NCBI GenBank assembly: GCA_049322915.1
Contig: JBMOPW010000016.1
Coordinates: 71,971-135,970 of the forward strand
From: Candidatus Zhuqueibacterota bacterium
Lineage (GTDB): Bacteria > Zhuqueibacterota > Zhuqueibacteria > Thermofontimicrobiales > Thermofontimicrobiaceae
Direction of reading: 5' to 3'
Length of the DNA stretch: 64,000 nucleotides
The notes under the pieces were generated by a model. That model did not search any database, was not told where the DNA came from, and saw only the letters and a list, made by a program, of their open reading frames with translations. The stretch's first letter is position 1. Every line of letters starts with the position of its first letter. This document shows positions 1 to 9,647 of the stretch, one piece after another. A program made the translations under genes and the position numbers.

Positions 1-83
1 GTAAATTATGGGCGCATGACTATCCCGGAAACGGCAGTGGGTCGCTCACCCAAAGTAGCTGCGTCGATGGGTGAGTTCTCCCC

Positions 84-149
84 TGTCTTTTCGCAGGCAG
101 CATTCGGCTGCGGACGGTTCTGGCTGTCGCGATGCCTGCGGACAAGACA
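84..149. other. Imperfect hairpin downstream of murE (possible terminator or REP-like element)
   Basis: tgtctt-ttcgcaggca (84-99) is nearly the reverse complement of tgcctgcggacaagaca (133-149). A second small stem, ctcaccca/tgggtgag, lies at 45-75. Confidence 0.35.
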
Positions 150-164
150 CGCGCTGTCAGGCGA

Positions 165-1631
165 TCAATGAGCCAGGTATTTCTCCGCCTCTTCCACGTC
201 GTTGAAATGGATGGTCTTATCTTTGAGTGTCTGCGTGGTTTCATGGCCTTTGCCGAGAAGCATGATGATATCGCCTTCCCCGGCATTTTTAATGGCGTAT
301 TCAATGGCCTTGCCGCGATCGATTATCTTTGTGCAGCGCGTTCCGCTGACGCCTTTTTCGATCTCGCTGATTATGGTCTCCGGGTTTTCATTGCGGGGAT
401 TATCCGCTGTGAGGACAACCTCATTACTATAACGCGCAGCGATCTCTCCCATGATGGGTCGTTTTTCTTTGTCGCGATCACCGCCGCAGCCAAACACCGT
501 GACCACCCTGTTCGGATTCAATTTTTTCGTGAGGCTGAGTACCTTTTCCATGCCGTCCGGGGTGTGGGCATAATCGACGACCACCGAGAACGGCTGGCCT
601 TTATCCACGAGCTGAAATCTTCCCGAGACAATGATTTTTGCTTCCAGGCCTTTTTTAATCGTTTCCAGATCAATACCCTGAGAATAGGCGACAGCCACGG
701 CTGCAAGCGAATTGTACACGTTGAACATGCCGACCAGTTGCTGTTGAATTTGAATTTCGCCGCGGGGAGTGACGAGACGGTAGCCTGTCCCTTTGATGCT
801 GAGCTTGATTTCCTTCGCCATAATATCGGCCTGATTTTCCACGCCAAACGAGATTTTCTCCGCCCGGCTCACATTGAGGAAATCGCGACCGTGCGGATCA
901 TCGGTATTGGCGATGGCATGATCTTCCGGACGCAGCCACTGGAATAACTTCATCTTCGTCTTCATGTAGGCGTCCATGGTTTTATGGTAGTCCAGATGAT
1001 CCTGGGTGAGATTGGTGAATACCGCCACATTGTAGTTCACGCCCTGAACGCGGAAAAAATCGATGCCGTGGGACGAAACTTCCATGGCGCAGTAATCGAC
1101 TTTTTGATCCACCATGCGCGTGAAAATCTCCTGCAAATCCGGCGGCTCAGGCGTGGTGTCCTTCGATTTATTGATCTGACCATTGATTTTATAATACAGG
1201 GTGCCGATGAGGCCGGTGCGATTGTTTTGAATCAGAATACTATCGATGATGTGCGTGGTTGTGGTTTTACCATTGGTGCCGGTCACGCCGATCATCTTCA
1301 TCTTTTTCGAAGGAAAGTTATAGAATTTATTGGCCAGCAGCGCCAGTGCGTAGCGCGAATCCGGCACCACAATTTTAACCACGCTGCCGGGCACATTCAT
1401 GTCCTTTTGCAGGACAATCACCGATGCGCCTTTGGCGATGGCATCGTGCACACGATCGTGGCCATCCGGAATTTCGATTTTGTTCAACTGCGTATAAATG
1501 TTGATCGCCACATACATGAAATCTTTCTCAACGCGCAGCGGATCGTAGACGATCCCCTTTACATTCACTCCATCAATTTTTCCCTGGATTTTCTTGTCGT
1601 TTAATTCTTCCAAAAGTGTCGCTAGTAGCAT
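165..1631 (-). CDS. murE: UDP-N-acetylmuramoyl-L-alanyl-D-glutamate--2,6-diaminopimelate ligase
   Basis: Motifs GVTGTNGKTTT, TTP, MEVSSHG, FTNLTQDHLDYH, GRF, VDYAHTPD, FGCGGDRD, DNPR (meso-DAP specificity) and GKGHE. Confidence 0.93.
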   Translation of the reverse strand: MLLATLLEELNDKKIQGKIDGVNVKGIVYDPLRVEKDFMYVAINIYTQLNKIEIPDGHDRVHDAIAKGASVIVLQKDMNVPGSVVKIVVPDSRYALALLANKFYNFPSKKMKMIGVTGTNGKTTTTHIIDSILIQNNRTGLIGTLYYKINGQINKSKDTTPEPPDLQEIFTRMVDQKVDYCAMEVSSHGIDFFRVQGVNYNVAVFTNLTQDHLDYHKTMDAYMKTKMKLFQWLRPEDHAIANTDDPHGRDFLNVSRAEKISFGVENQADIMAKEIKLSIKGTGYRLVTPRGEIQIQQQLVGMFNVYNSLAAVAVAYSQGIDLETIKKGLEAKIIVSGRFQLVDKGQPFSVVVDYAHTPDGMEKVLSLTKKLNPNRVVTVFGCGGDRDKEKRPIMGEIAARYSNEVVLTADNPRNENPETIISEIEKGVSGTRCTKIIDRGKAIEYAIKNAGEGDIIMLLGKGHETTQTLKDKTIHFNDVEEAEKYLAH

Positions 1632-1673
1632 ATCTTCCTCTCTGTTAAAACTCGTTCTCGAAATGTTATTGAA

Positions 1674-2105
1674 TTATCGGTAGCTCAAAATGCATTTTTC
1701 AGCATATCGGTCGATATGTTCGAGCAGATCATCGGCGCGGCAATCGATGCGCACGATGAACGCCTCCAGCAGTGTCCGCGCGAATTTCCATGCCTCAGTC
1801 TCGAACTGCATTTTCCGTTCGCCTTTGTCCAGATGGATCAACTGCCAGAATTGCCCGGTGGAATCGCTGGCTGCGTGGTGTTGCCATTGCATCAGGTGAC
1901 CGGCTTCGTGGAACAGCAGAAACAGCGCGCCGGAGCAATCCCTGTTTTGAGCATTGTAAAACAGCGTGATGGTTGACGCATCGTTATTTGGCGGGAAGAA
2001 ATACGCCACCTCATCCTGAATGGGAATGAGCTGAACCGTCGCCTGCGGAAATTTCTCCCAGCAAAGAAATGCTTTTGCCTCAAACAAAATCGCCTGACCC
2101 ACCAT
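1674..2105 (-). CDS. Hypothetical small HExxH protein (ImmA/IrrE-like zincin motif)
   Basis: LFHEAGH followed by FETEAW. Start moved to ATG 2105 because a promoter match overlaps the longer ORF start at 2150. Confidence 0.55.
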   Translation of the reverse strand: MVGQAILFEAKAFLCWEKFPQATVQLIPIQDEVAYFFPPNNDASTITLFYNAQNRDCSGALFLLFHEAGHLMQWQHHAASDSTGQFWQLIHLDKGERKMQFETEAWKFARTLLEAFIVRIDCRADDLLEHIDRYAEKCILSYR

Positions 2106-2139
2106 GACGAACCTGCTTTGATGTGAAAAATGAGCCGTC

Positions 2140-2168
2140 AATTTAAACATTAAAAAATATTAAATCAA
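2140..2168 (-). promoter_or_regulatory. Putative sigma70 promoter for the HExxH gene and murE
   Basis: TTGATT-17 nt-TAAATT on the minus strand. Confidence 0.45.
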
Positions 2169-2197
2169 GCATTTTATGAGAGTGAAGTAAGTATTTC

Positions 2198-2226
2198 TTG
2201 ACTATTTGCCCGATGGATTTTATATT
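2198..2226 (+). promoter_or_regulatory. Putative sigma70 promoter for mutM
   Basis: TTGACT-17 nt-TATATT. Confidence 0.65.
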
Positions 2227-2260
2227 TACTGACTAATGACAAAGCGAAAGGGTCGGGTTT

Positions 2261-3091
2261 ATGCCGGAACTACCTGAAGTGGAAACCATTGTCAGGCAAT
2301 TGCGGGACAAAATTGTCGGGCAGAAAATTGAGCGCGTGGACATTCTCCGTGCCAGCCAGTGGAAGCAGAACGATCCGGCAGCGATGCAGCGGACATTGCC
2401 GGGCGAAAAAATTGCCGCCATCGATCGGCGGGCGAAATTCATTTCAATCGAATTTGGGAGTGGCAATCAGTTGGTCCTGCATCTGCGCATGACCGGCAAG
2501 CTCATCTGGTCGCCGGGCAAGGCGCTGGTGGATAAGTTCACCCGGACGATCATCTGTTTTGAAAGCGGCGCCAGCATGCAATTCAACGACACGCGCGCGC
2601 TGGGCACGCTGGCATTTTATCCTGTGAATGAACGGGATCAGTGGCAATGCCATCTGGGAATTGAGCCGCTTTCGGACGACTGGCAGGTCCAGCGGCTGCA
2701 CGAAATGTGCAGCCAGACTGCCCTGCAGATGAAGGACTTTTTATTGGATCAAACCCGGATTGCCGGCATCGGGAATATTTATGCCAATGAAATTTTATTC
2801 CGGGCAAAAATTCATCCGGAGCGGCGCGCCAATACCCTGTCCGACCGCGAAATTGCCGCCCTGTTTCGAATCATCCCGCAGGTGTTGCAACTGGCCGTTG
2901 CCAAAATGGGCACCTCACTCGGAGATGGCGTATTTAATTACCGATCCGTATACAACATCGAAGGGGAATTTCAGAACATCCTGGCCGTGTACGACCGCGA
3001 AGGCGAGCCATGCCCTGTGTGCCAATCGCCGGTTCGACGGATCAGGCAGAAGGGGCGGAGCAGTTATTTTTGCGAGCGGTGCCAGTCCTGA
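2261..3091 (+). CDS. mutM: Formamidopyrimidine-DNA glycosylase / AP lyase
   Basis: N-terminal MPELPEVE, HLRMTG, H2TH motif LLDQTRIAGIGNIYANE, and C-terminal zinc finger CPVC...CERCQ. Confidence 0.97.
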   Translation: MPELPEVETIVRQLRDKIVGQKIERVDILRASQWKQNDPAAMQRTLPGEKIAAIDRRAKFISIEFGSGNQLVLHLRMTGKLIWSPGKALVDKFTRTIICFESGASMQFNDTRALGTLAFYPVNERDQWQCHLGIEPLSDDWQVQRLHEMCSQTALQMKDFLLDQTRIAGIGNIYANEILFRAKIHPERRANTLSDREIAALFRIIPQVLQLAVAKMGTSLGDGVFNYRSVYNIEGEFQNILAVYDREGEPCPVCQSPVRRIRQKGRSSYFCERCQS

Positions 3092-3159
3092 ATCGCCGCT
3101 CTTTCAAATTCACCCGATCGTAAATTTCACATCATTCAAAATGACCACAGGAGAGACGA

Positions 3160-5193
3160 ATGAACCAAAAAGCCGACGGCGCGCATCCGACCACAACCAT
3201 GATGTGGGCCATCACCGATCAAGTCATTGAAAATGAAACGGTGCTGGATCAGCAATTTTTTGATCTGTTGCGCGCCGGCTTCGGGGGCGTCGCCGCATTC
3301 ATCCGATGCAGCCGTTACACATGGGATCAGCCCGTGGCGCAGCAGGCGTTGGCCCGGATTCGTTCGCTTTGCCAGGAGAACGGCATCTGTTTTTGGGCTG
3401 TGCCGGATCCCCGGTTTTTAGCCCGGCTGTTGATGGAAAAATTCGGTGGGCTACCTGTGCTGCTTTACGGCGATCAGGTCCTGGCGAAGCAGGTGCCGAA
3501 TGTTGCTCCGGTTCAGCAAAATCGATTCAACATCCGCTGCTACATTCCGCCGCGCCACTGTCACATGGTGAATGAGGTGGCCATTGATTTCACGCCGGCC
3601 GGCATTGAAAAAATCTACGCCGTGCGAAAGGGACGCGCTGCATTCGGTGCTGCGGATGTGCTGGACGCGACCCCGGCAGCGACATTTTTTTATCACGCCA
3701 AAGAAAAGTACGTGGAGGCATTCGGCCAGTTCGAACCGCCGGAGGGTGACTGGCAAATCATCGCCTTCTTCAAATTCATCGCCCGCCATGTGGATTATTC
3801 CAATCCTTCCCACATGGAATATTATATCGAGCGATTGATGCATTTTGCCCGCGTCGTGGGGCCTGCGGATTTGCTCATGTGGGACGAACCGGGCTATACC
3901 TGCGTCTACGGCGCGCTGCCATTTTCAGACGCGATTCAGGCGAAATGTGGCGAGATGACTGGGCAGGCCTTGTCGGACAACCTGTGGAAAATTGCCCTGG
4001 ACTGCGAAGACCAAAGCCACATTCCGCTGCGCACCGCCTATTTCAAGATTGTCCAGGACACGGTGGTGGCTGCGCAGAAAAAATCCTGGGAGGCTGTCAG
4101 CGAGGTGTGGCATCAACCGTCGTGCGGCGTGCATGATACCTGGCATTGGGAATACGGGGACATGTGCGATATGAATCACGGCAGCCTCGATCTGTGGCAG
4201 GGACTGGAATCCAAGGATGGCGGGTTTGTGGATGTCGGCAATATCAATTTGTTGAAGGAGAAGGACTCGTTTCATTACGCCAATGTGGCGGCTGTGTGCG
4301 CGATCAATAAGTCATTGGGTCGATTCAGTCAGGGCAAATTTGCTTACAACAATCTCTGGACAGCAGGCAAGGACGCTGACTGGCAGGTTGGCGTGATGGA
4401 TTATTGCGTGAATCTCATGGCGTTGTTGGGGCTGAATTGGTTCGCGCACATCTACGGACCGGTGGGCACCATCGGAGAGGAGGGTTCATTTTTAGGCGAT
4501 AATCCCATGCCGGGTTACCCGCATCACAGCACCTGGCAATGGTTCCCGGAATGGACGCAGCGTTTGCGGCAGCACGCTGAGGCGGTCGGGCATCGCCTGC
4601 CGATGGCCAATGTGTTGCTGGTTTTTCCGGTGGAGAGCATGCAGGCGCTGGCGAACAATCGCGCGGACGCCCTTGCCCGGGATATTTTCAACCTGATTTT
4701 GAATTTGATGGACGAACACTATCACGTCGATATTGTCTCGCCGACGGTATTTGCGGCTGGCGGGTGGGACAAAGACAGGTTTTCGGTTCATGGCTACGAT
4801 TACGAGGTGGTGCTCCTGCCGCATGCATCGGTTGTTCCTGAGCCGGTTGCGGCCATTTTGAAACACGGCGCGGATCGAACCCTGTACATTTTTTCCAGGC
4901 CGACGTGGACGAACCGCGGCGTTGCTGTCTCGCTGCCGGTGCAGCATTGGGCGGAAAATCAGCAGCAGGTTCTGGACTGGCTTTGTGGATGGGACGGATT
5001 GCGCCGGGTCACTGCGCCTGAAAATTGCTGGGTCAGTCTGACTCCGTTGGAAAATGGCGTTATGGTCACACTCATGCCGTCGCGGTTCGGCAGCAGCTAT
5101 GCCGGGGAGGTACGCTGCGGCGGTGCGTCGTTGCAGATTTCCGAAACATCCCAATTACAGCGGTTATTCTTCCCTGGCCTTGCGGCGTGGTAA
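3160..5193 (+). CDS. Hypothetical 677-aa protein, possibly glycoside-hydrolase-like (TIM barrel plus GATase/trimerisation-like C-terminal domain)
   Basis: Long ORF with GGAG RBS. Segments DYSNP, WDEPGY and ANVLLVFPVES...YEVVLLP resemble GH106/GH42-like architectures. The family call is weak. Confidence 0.45.
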   Translation: MNQKADGAHPTTTMMWAITDQVIENETVLDQQFFDLLRAGFGGVAAFIRCSRYTWDQPVAQQALARIRSLCQENGICFWAVPDPRFLARLLMEKFGGLPVLLYGDQVLAKQVPNVAPVQQNRFNIRCYIPPRHCHMVNEVAIDFTPAGIEKIYAVRKGRAAFGAADVLDATPAATFFYHAKEKYVEAFGQFEPPEGDWQIIAFFKFIARHVDYSNPSHMEYYIERLMHFARVVGPADLLMWDEPGYTCVYGALPFSDAIQAKCGEMTGQALSDNLWKIALDCEDQSHIPLRTAYFKIVQDTVVAAQKKSWEAVSEVWHQPSCGVHDTWHWEYGDMCDMNHGSLDLWQGLESKDGGFVDVGNINLLKEKDSFHYANVAAVCAINKSLGRFSQGKFAYNNLWTAGKDADWQVGVMDYCVNLMALLGLNWFAHIYGPVGTIGEEGSFLGDNPMPGYPHHSTWQWFPEWTQRLRQHAEAVGHRLPMANVLLVFPVESMQALANNRADALARDIFNLILNLMDEHYHVDIVSPTVFAAGGWDKDRFSVHGYDYEVVLLPHASVVPEPVAAILKHGADRTLYIFSRPTWTNRGVAVSLPVQHWAENQQQVLDWLCGWDGLRRVTAPENCWVSLTPLENGVMVTLMPSRFGSSYAGEVRCGGASLQISETSQLQRLFFPGLAAW

Positions 5194-5268
5194 CTGTTCC
5201 TGACTTGCGTGCCTGAGAATGCGCACTGTGGTAATTCAATGGTGGCTGAATCCGGGGCAGGCTAAAAA

Positions 5269-5375
5269 GAGTCTGTCCGAAACTGCTATTATTGACCTCA
5301 CCCCAACCCTCTCCTAAAAGGGGAGGGAGATGTTTCCCTTCTTCTTCCAGGCGTAGTGCCCGCAGGCTAAGAAGG
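5269..5375. mobile_element. Partial copy of MITE-like element A with an empty hairpin loop
   Basis: gagtctgtccgaaactgctattattgacctcaccccaaccctctcc matches 63110-63156 and the reverse complement of the right end at 42.2 kb. The ccctctcc-taaaa-ggggaggg loop lacks element B. Confidence 0.7.
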
Positions 5376-5379
5376 TTGG

Positions 5380-6444
5380 TCACAAAATGCCGGCTTCGGA
5401 AGCGAGCGGCAGGGAAATGCGGCTCCCACTATCCGATGATTTGTACATGGCCAGCGCCAATTCCAGCGTGTGCCGGGCCGAAGGCGCTGAAATGACCGGC
5501 TCGCGATGTTCCAGGATGGCATCCACCATATCTTCGATGACAATTTTATGGTCGTTGAAATCGAACGCGGCCGGCCCGGTCGCTGCAGTGCCGATGGATT
5601 TATCCCCGATCTTCCGAATCATTTCATCCTCCGGCAGACTGTCTTTGAACTGCCAGGTGTGAATCGTTTCGCCCAGAATAATTGCCACGCCATTGGTTCC
5701 AAAAATTTCAATGCGAATATCCTGTCCCGGCCACAGCGCTGTAGACGCCTGAAGGACGCCCCGGGCGCCGTTGGCAAAATCCAGAAATGAGTGCAGCGTG
5801 TCTTCCAGATCAACATCCGGATGGGCGAGATTCGCCATCCGCGCCTGCACCGCAGCGATGGGCCCGGCAAGGTAGTGCAGCAGATCGATGTAGTGAAACG
5901 CGTGCTGAATAGTCACTCCGGCGCCCGCCTGCCGGAGACTGCGCCAGGCGTCGCTGCGGTAGTACTCGCCGGTTCGGAACCATTTCATGTACGCATCCGC
6001 GTGAAGCAATGCGCCGAACCGGCCGGCGTCGATGGCCTGTTTCACGGCCTGAACCGCCGGGCGAACGCGGCATTGCAGCATCACTCCCAGTTTGACGCCA
6101 ATCCTTTGGCAGATATCGATCATCTCGTCAACATCGCGGAGGGACAGGGCCGGAGGTTTTTCCACGAGTATCGATTTCTTTGCTTCGGCAATTTTAATCA
6201 CTGCGTCTTTGTGCAGATGGTTCGGCGTGGTGACATTGATGACGTTGATGGAGTCATTGTCCAGGAGCGCATCAAGTGAACCAGCCATGCTGCATGAAAA
6301 CTCCTCGCTGAAACGCCGGGCGCGGGCAGAATCGATATCCGCCACCGCAACGAGCCGGCATTTTTCTGAGGACCGGATCGATTTCGCGTGAAACGGCGCC
6401 ACGAGTCCTGCGCCCAATATTCCAAAGCCTAATTGTGCAGCCAT
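5380..6444 (-). CDS. Gfo/Idh/MocA family oxidoreductase
   Basis: GILGAGLVA Rossmann motif, TPNHLH, LVEKP and HAFHYIDL. Confidence 0.9.
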   Translation of the reverse strand: MAAQLGFGILGAGLVAPFHAKSIRSSEKCRLVAVADIDSARARRFSEEFSCSMAGSLDALLDNDSINVINVTTPNHLHKDAVIKIAEAKKSILVEKPPALSLRDVDEMIDICQRIGVKLGVMLQCRVRPAVQAVKQAIDAGRFGALLHADAYMKWFRTGEYYRSDAWRSLRQAGAGVTIQHAFHYIDLLHYLAGPIAAVQARMANLAHPDVDLEDTLHSFLDFANGARGVLQASTALWPGQDIRIEIFGTNGVAIILGETIHTWQFKDSLPEDEMIRKIGDKSIGTAATGPAAFDFNDHKIVIEDMVDAILEHREPVISAPSARHTLELALAMYKSSDSGSRISLPLASEAGIL

Positions 6445-6559
6445 GCTGATTTCTCCGCCAAAAAAAATATCCTGCCCAGGCCAATTTTGGAGCGGCAGAA
6501 TTTCAAGTTAGAAAAGGAGGTTTTCCCAAATTTCCATCGAAGTTAATTTTCAAACAAGA

Positions 6560-6775
6560 CATGGAACACGGATGACACAGATAACACGGATGTACACGGA
6601 TTTGAATTTTGTTCAGGATTTTCTGGTAAACCAAAAGTGGACGTGAAGGAAATTTTTTTTACTTTATAAAATTATAAAAATTTCATTCGCACAAATGCGC
6701 CGAAGGACGCATCTGCCTTTGGCATGATCCGCGGCCATCGTTTTGGCGGATTATCAGTGTCATCCGCGTTCCATG
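6560..6775. repeat. REP-like long inverted repeat with tandem acacggat units
   Basis: catggaacacggatgacacagataa (6560-6584) pairs at 23/25 with ttatcagtgtcatccgcgttccatg (6751-6775). Confidence 0.75.
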
Positions 6776-6833
6776 ATTTGCCTGGAAGTTTTCTTCACGA
6801 TAATTTTAGATATTAGCCCATTTCAAAATTAAA

Positions 6834-6963
6834 AGGCCGGAGGGTGCATCAAACGCTCAAATTATCAGATTTCGTTGCAATATTTTGAACAGCTATTTTA
6901 GATATTATCAATACATTGTGTCAAAGAAATAAATCGGCGCCCTTATGATACACCCTCCGGCCT
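6834..6963. repeat. 130-bp element with 18-bp terminal inverted repeats (MITE-like)
   Basis: aggccggagggtgcatca ... tgatacaccctccggcct (17/18 match) around an AT-rich core. Confidence 0.6.
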
Positions 6964-6988
6964 GAGACTTTTTGTTTTGATCAGCAAT

Positions 6989-7864
6989 CTACGCTTTCAG
7001 CACCTTGGCCACGGTCGCGCCAATATCGGCCGGGCTCTGGCACACAGAAACGCCGCACGCGCGCAGCGCTTCCATCTTTTCGGCCGCTGTGCCTTTGCCG
7101 CCGGCAATGATGGCGCCGGCGTGTCCCATGCGTCGTCCCGGGGGAGCAGTCTGGCCGGCGATGAAACTGACGACCGGTTTGGACATTTTTTCTTTGACAA
7201 ACCGGGCGGCCTCTTCCTCAGCAGTGCCGCCGATTTCGCCGATCATGACCACGGCTTTGGTCTCATTGTCCTGTTCGAACAGCGCCAGCGCGTCGACAAA
7301 GGTAGTGCCGATGACCGGGTCCCCGCCGATGCCGATGCAGGTCGTTTGTCCCAGTCCCCGTGTGGTCAACTGGTGCACTGCTTCGTAGGTGAGTGTGCCA
7401 CTGCGGGAGACGACGCCCACGCTGCCCTGTTTGTGAATGAAACCCGGCATGATGCCGACTTTGGCTTTCCCCGGCGAAATGATGCCGGGACAATTGGGCC
7501 CGATCAACCGCGTCGGACGATTTTTGATAAACTGATAGACTTTCACCATATCCAGCGTGGGAAGGCCCTCGGCGATGCAAACGACCAGAGCTGCGCCGGC
7601 GCTGACCGATTCGATGATCGCATCGGCAGCGAACGCCGGAGGTACGAAGATCACCGCCGCGTTTGCGCCCTCTTTTTCAACGGCTTCAGCGACAGTGTTA
7701 TAGACCGGGACTTTATCGTCAAATTTTTGTCCGCCCTTGCCCGGAGTTACACCGGCAACGACATGGGTGCCGTACTCAATCATCTGCCGCGTGTGAAATG
7801 TTCCTTCTCCGCCAGTGATTCCCTGTACGACCAATCGTGTATTTTTATCGACTAAGATACTCAA
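6989..7864 (-). CDS. sucD: Succinyl-CoA ligase alpha subunit
   Basis: [37 protein letters not shown] and phospho-His motif RMGHAGA. Confidence 0.97.
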   Translation of the reverse strand: MSILVDKNTRLVVQGITGGEGTFHTRQMIEYGTHVVAGVTPGKGGQKFDDKVPVYNTVAEAVEKEGANAAVIFVPPAFAADAIIESVSAGAALVVCIAEGLPTLDMVKVYQFIKNRPTRLIGPNCPGIISPGKAKVGIMPGFIHKQGSVGVVSRSGTLTYEAVHQLTTRGLGQTTCIGIGGDPVIGTTFVDALALFEQDNETKAVVMIGEIGGTAEEEAARFVKEKMSKPVVSFIAGQTAPPGRRMGHAGAIIAGGKGTAAEKMEALRACGVSVCQSPADIGATVAKVLKA

Positions 7865-7893
7865 TGTTAATCCTCCAGAATTTATTAAAATTG

Positions 7894-8199
7894 GTAACTG
7901 CTAAGACACCATGCTGAAGCATGGTGATGATTCAATTGTACCAGCGCCACAATTTAATGTGGTGTCTCTGCAACGAACTGATCAGCAACAGCCGCTTCAT
8001 CGGCTTTTACAACAAGCATCGCTTGGTAGTTACAAAAATTGGTGCCACTATTCAGGCATGTCGTTTTGCCACAAAGATACCAGGTCACGAAGATGTCCAT
8101 TTTCACATTCAATTTTTTTTAAACCAAACTCAGCTTTTCAGAATCGATGATTTTAGGTGGTTGTTTTTCATTGTGCCTTTGAGACTTGGCGGCTGAACA
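7894..8199. repeat. Degenerate inverted-repeat cluster in the sucC-sucD spacer
   Basis: gtaactgctaag (7894-7905) pairs imperfectly with cttggtagttac (8022-8033) around internal hairpins such as caccatgc/gcatggtg. A second degenerate pair is gccacaaagatacc (8068-) and ttgtgcctttgagacttggcggc (-8193). Confidence 0.45.
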
Positions 8200-8288
8200 G
8201 GAAAAAGCTGATATGAATAATCGATTAAGTTGGCCATCTCCTTCCCAATGCCAACAGCGACAGCCGCCGGAGAGGCCTGACTCTTTCA

Positions 8289-9449
8289 TTAATTCCCCAA
8301 TGCTTCCACCACGCGCTGTGCGGCTTCCTGGAACGAATTCGCCACCAGAAATTTCAGGCCGGACTGGTTCAGGATATCGGCTGCTTCTTCGGCATTGGTG
8401 CCGGCCAATCGCACGATCATCGGCACCTGAACGCCAATTTTTTTCGCGGCTTCGACCACACCGGTCGCGACGCGGTCGCAGCGAACAATGCCGCCGAAGA
8501 TATTCACCAACACGGCTTTGACGTTGGGATCGCTGAGGATGATGCGGAAACCGTGCTCCACGGTTTCTGCGCTGGCGCCGCCGCCGACGTCGAGGAAATT
8601 GGCGGGTTCGCCGCCGGCCAACTTGATCAAATCCATGGTGGCCATGGCTAAACCGGCGCCGTTGACCATACAGCCCACATCGCCGTCCAGCTTGATGTAA
8701 TTCAAATCGTATTTGGAGGCTTCAATTTCCAATGGCTCTTCTTCGGCCAGATCGCGCAGTTCGAGGATTTCTTTGTGCCGGAACAAGGCATTGTCATCGA
8801 TATTGATTTTTGCGTCGAGGGCTAATACGTTGCCTTCTTTGGTCACCACCAGCGGATTTATTTCCGCCAATGACGCATCGATGGCCAGATAGGCATTGTA
8901 CAGAACTGTGAAAAATTTAATCGCATTTTTGAATTGGTCGCCGGACAATCCCAGACCGAATGCCAGTTTGCGCGCCTGAAACGGGGAGAAACCAACGGAC
9001 GGATCGATCCACTCTTTCAATATTTTTTCCGGCGTCTGCGCCGCTACTTTTTCAATTTCAACGCCGCCTTCAGTGCTTGCCATAAAAACCAATTGTGATT
9101 TCGCTCTGTCCAATACGATGCCAGCATACAGTTCTTTCTCAATATTCAGTCCCTGCTCAACCAAAATCCGATTCACGGTCTTTCCTTCCGGCCCGGTCTG
9201 ATGGGTCACCAGCGTCATGCCCAGCATTTTCTCGGCCAGCTTCTCAGCTTCGTCCGCGTTTTTGGCAATCTTCACGCCGCCGCCTTTGCCGCGACCGCCG
9301 GCATGAATCTGTGCCTTCACGACCACGGTTCCGCCCAATTGCTCGGCTATCTTTCGGGCTTCACTGGCTTTGAAAGCAACCTTGCCTTCGGGAACAGGTA
9401 CGTTGAATTTCCGCAAAATTTCTTTTGCCTGATATTCGTGTATTTTCAT
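8289..9449 (-). CDS. sucC: Succinyl-CoA ligase (ADP-forming) beta subunit
   Basis: [48 protein letters not shown] and [10 protein letters not shown]. Confidence 0.97.
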   Translation of the reverse strand: MKIHEYQAKEILRKFNVPVPEGKVAFKASEARKIAEQLGGTVVVKAQIHAGGRGKGGGVKIAKNADEAEKLAEKMLGMTLVTHQTGPEGKTVNRILVEQGLNIEKELYAGIVLDRAKSQLVFMASTEGGVEIEKVAAQTPEKILKEWIDPSVGFSPFQARKLAFGLGLSGDQFKNAIKFFTVLYNAYLAIDASLAEINPLVVTKEGNVLALDAKINIDDNALFRHKEILELRDLAEEEPLEIEASKYDLNYIKLDGDVGCMVNGAGLAMATMDLIKLAGGEPANFLDVGGGASAETVEHGFRIILSDPNVKAVLVNIFGGIVRCDRVATGVVEAAKKIGVQVPMIVRLAGTNAEEAADILNQSGLKFLVANSFQEAAQRVVEALGN

Positions 9450-9568
9450 TATGCCTCCTGAGTTAAAACGAGTTGAACCAAATATGATTTATAAAATTAG
9501 AATTCCGTTTGGGTAGCAGTTAAGCCACCAGATTGCGATGGATATACATCCAGCGCGGGCAATGGCTG

Positions 9569-9616
9569 GGACGTATGTTCGGGCGCCCCGACTTTTAAGT
9601 CGGGGAATAGACGTCC
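9569..9616. repeat. GC-rich REP-like hairpin between arcC and sucC
   Basis: ccccgactt-tt-aagtcgggg stem flanked by ggacgt...acgtcc. Confidence 0.4.
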
Positions 9617-9647
9617 AATGCCGGCGTCCTGTCCGAAAAGGCGTCGC

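Noticed and set aside
132..1604. Long antisense ORFs (for example 132-947, 984-1604, 6977-7855, 30092-31312, 37182-38084, 59768-60676)
   Set aside because: They are shadow frames opposite well-supported genes and have no recognisable motifs.
5072..5495. ORFs 5072-5383, 5292-5495, 42066-42419 and 62797-63180 with GEGWGEVN or SPQPSP-type peptides
   Set aside because: They are translations of repeat elements A and B, not genes.
6560..6602. CRISPR array suggested by short tandem units here and at 41925-41960 and 63189-63225
   Set aside because: Units are about 9-11 bp with no unique spacers and no cas genes. They are arms of inverted repeats.
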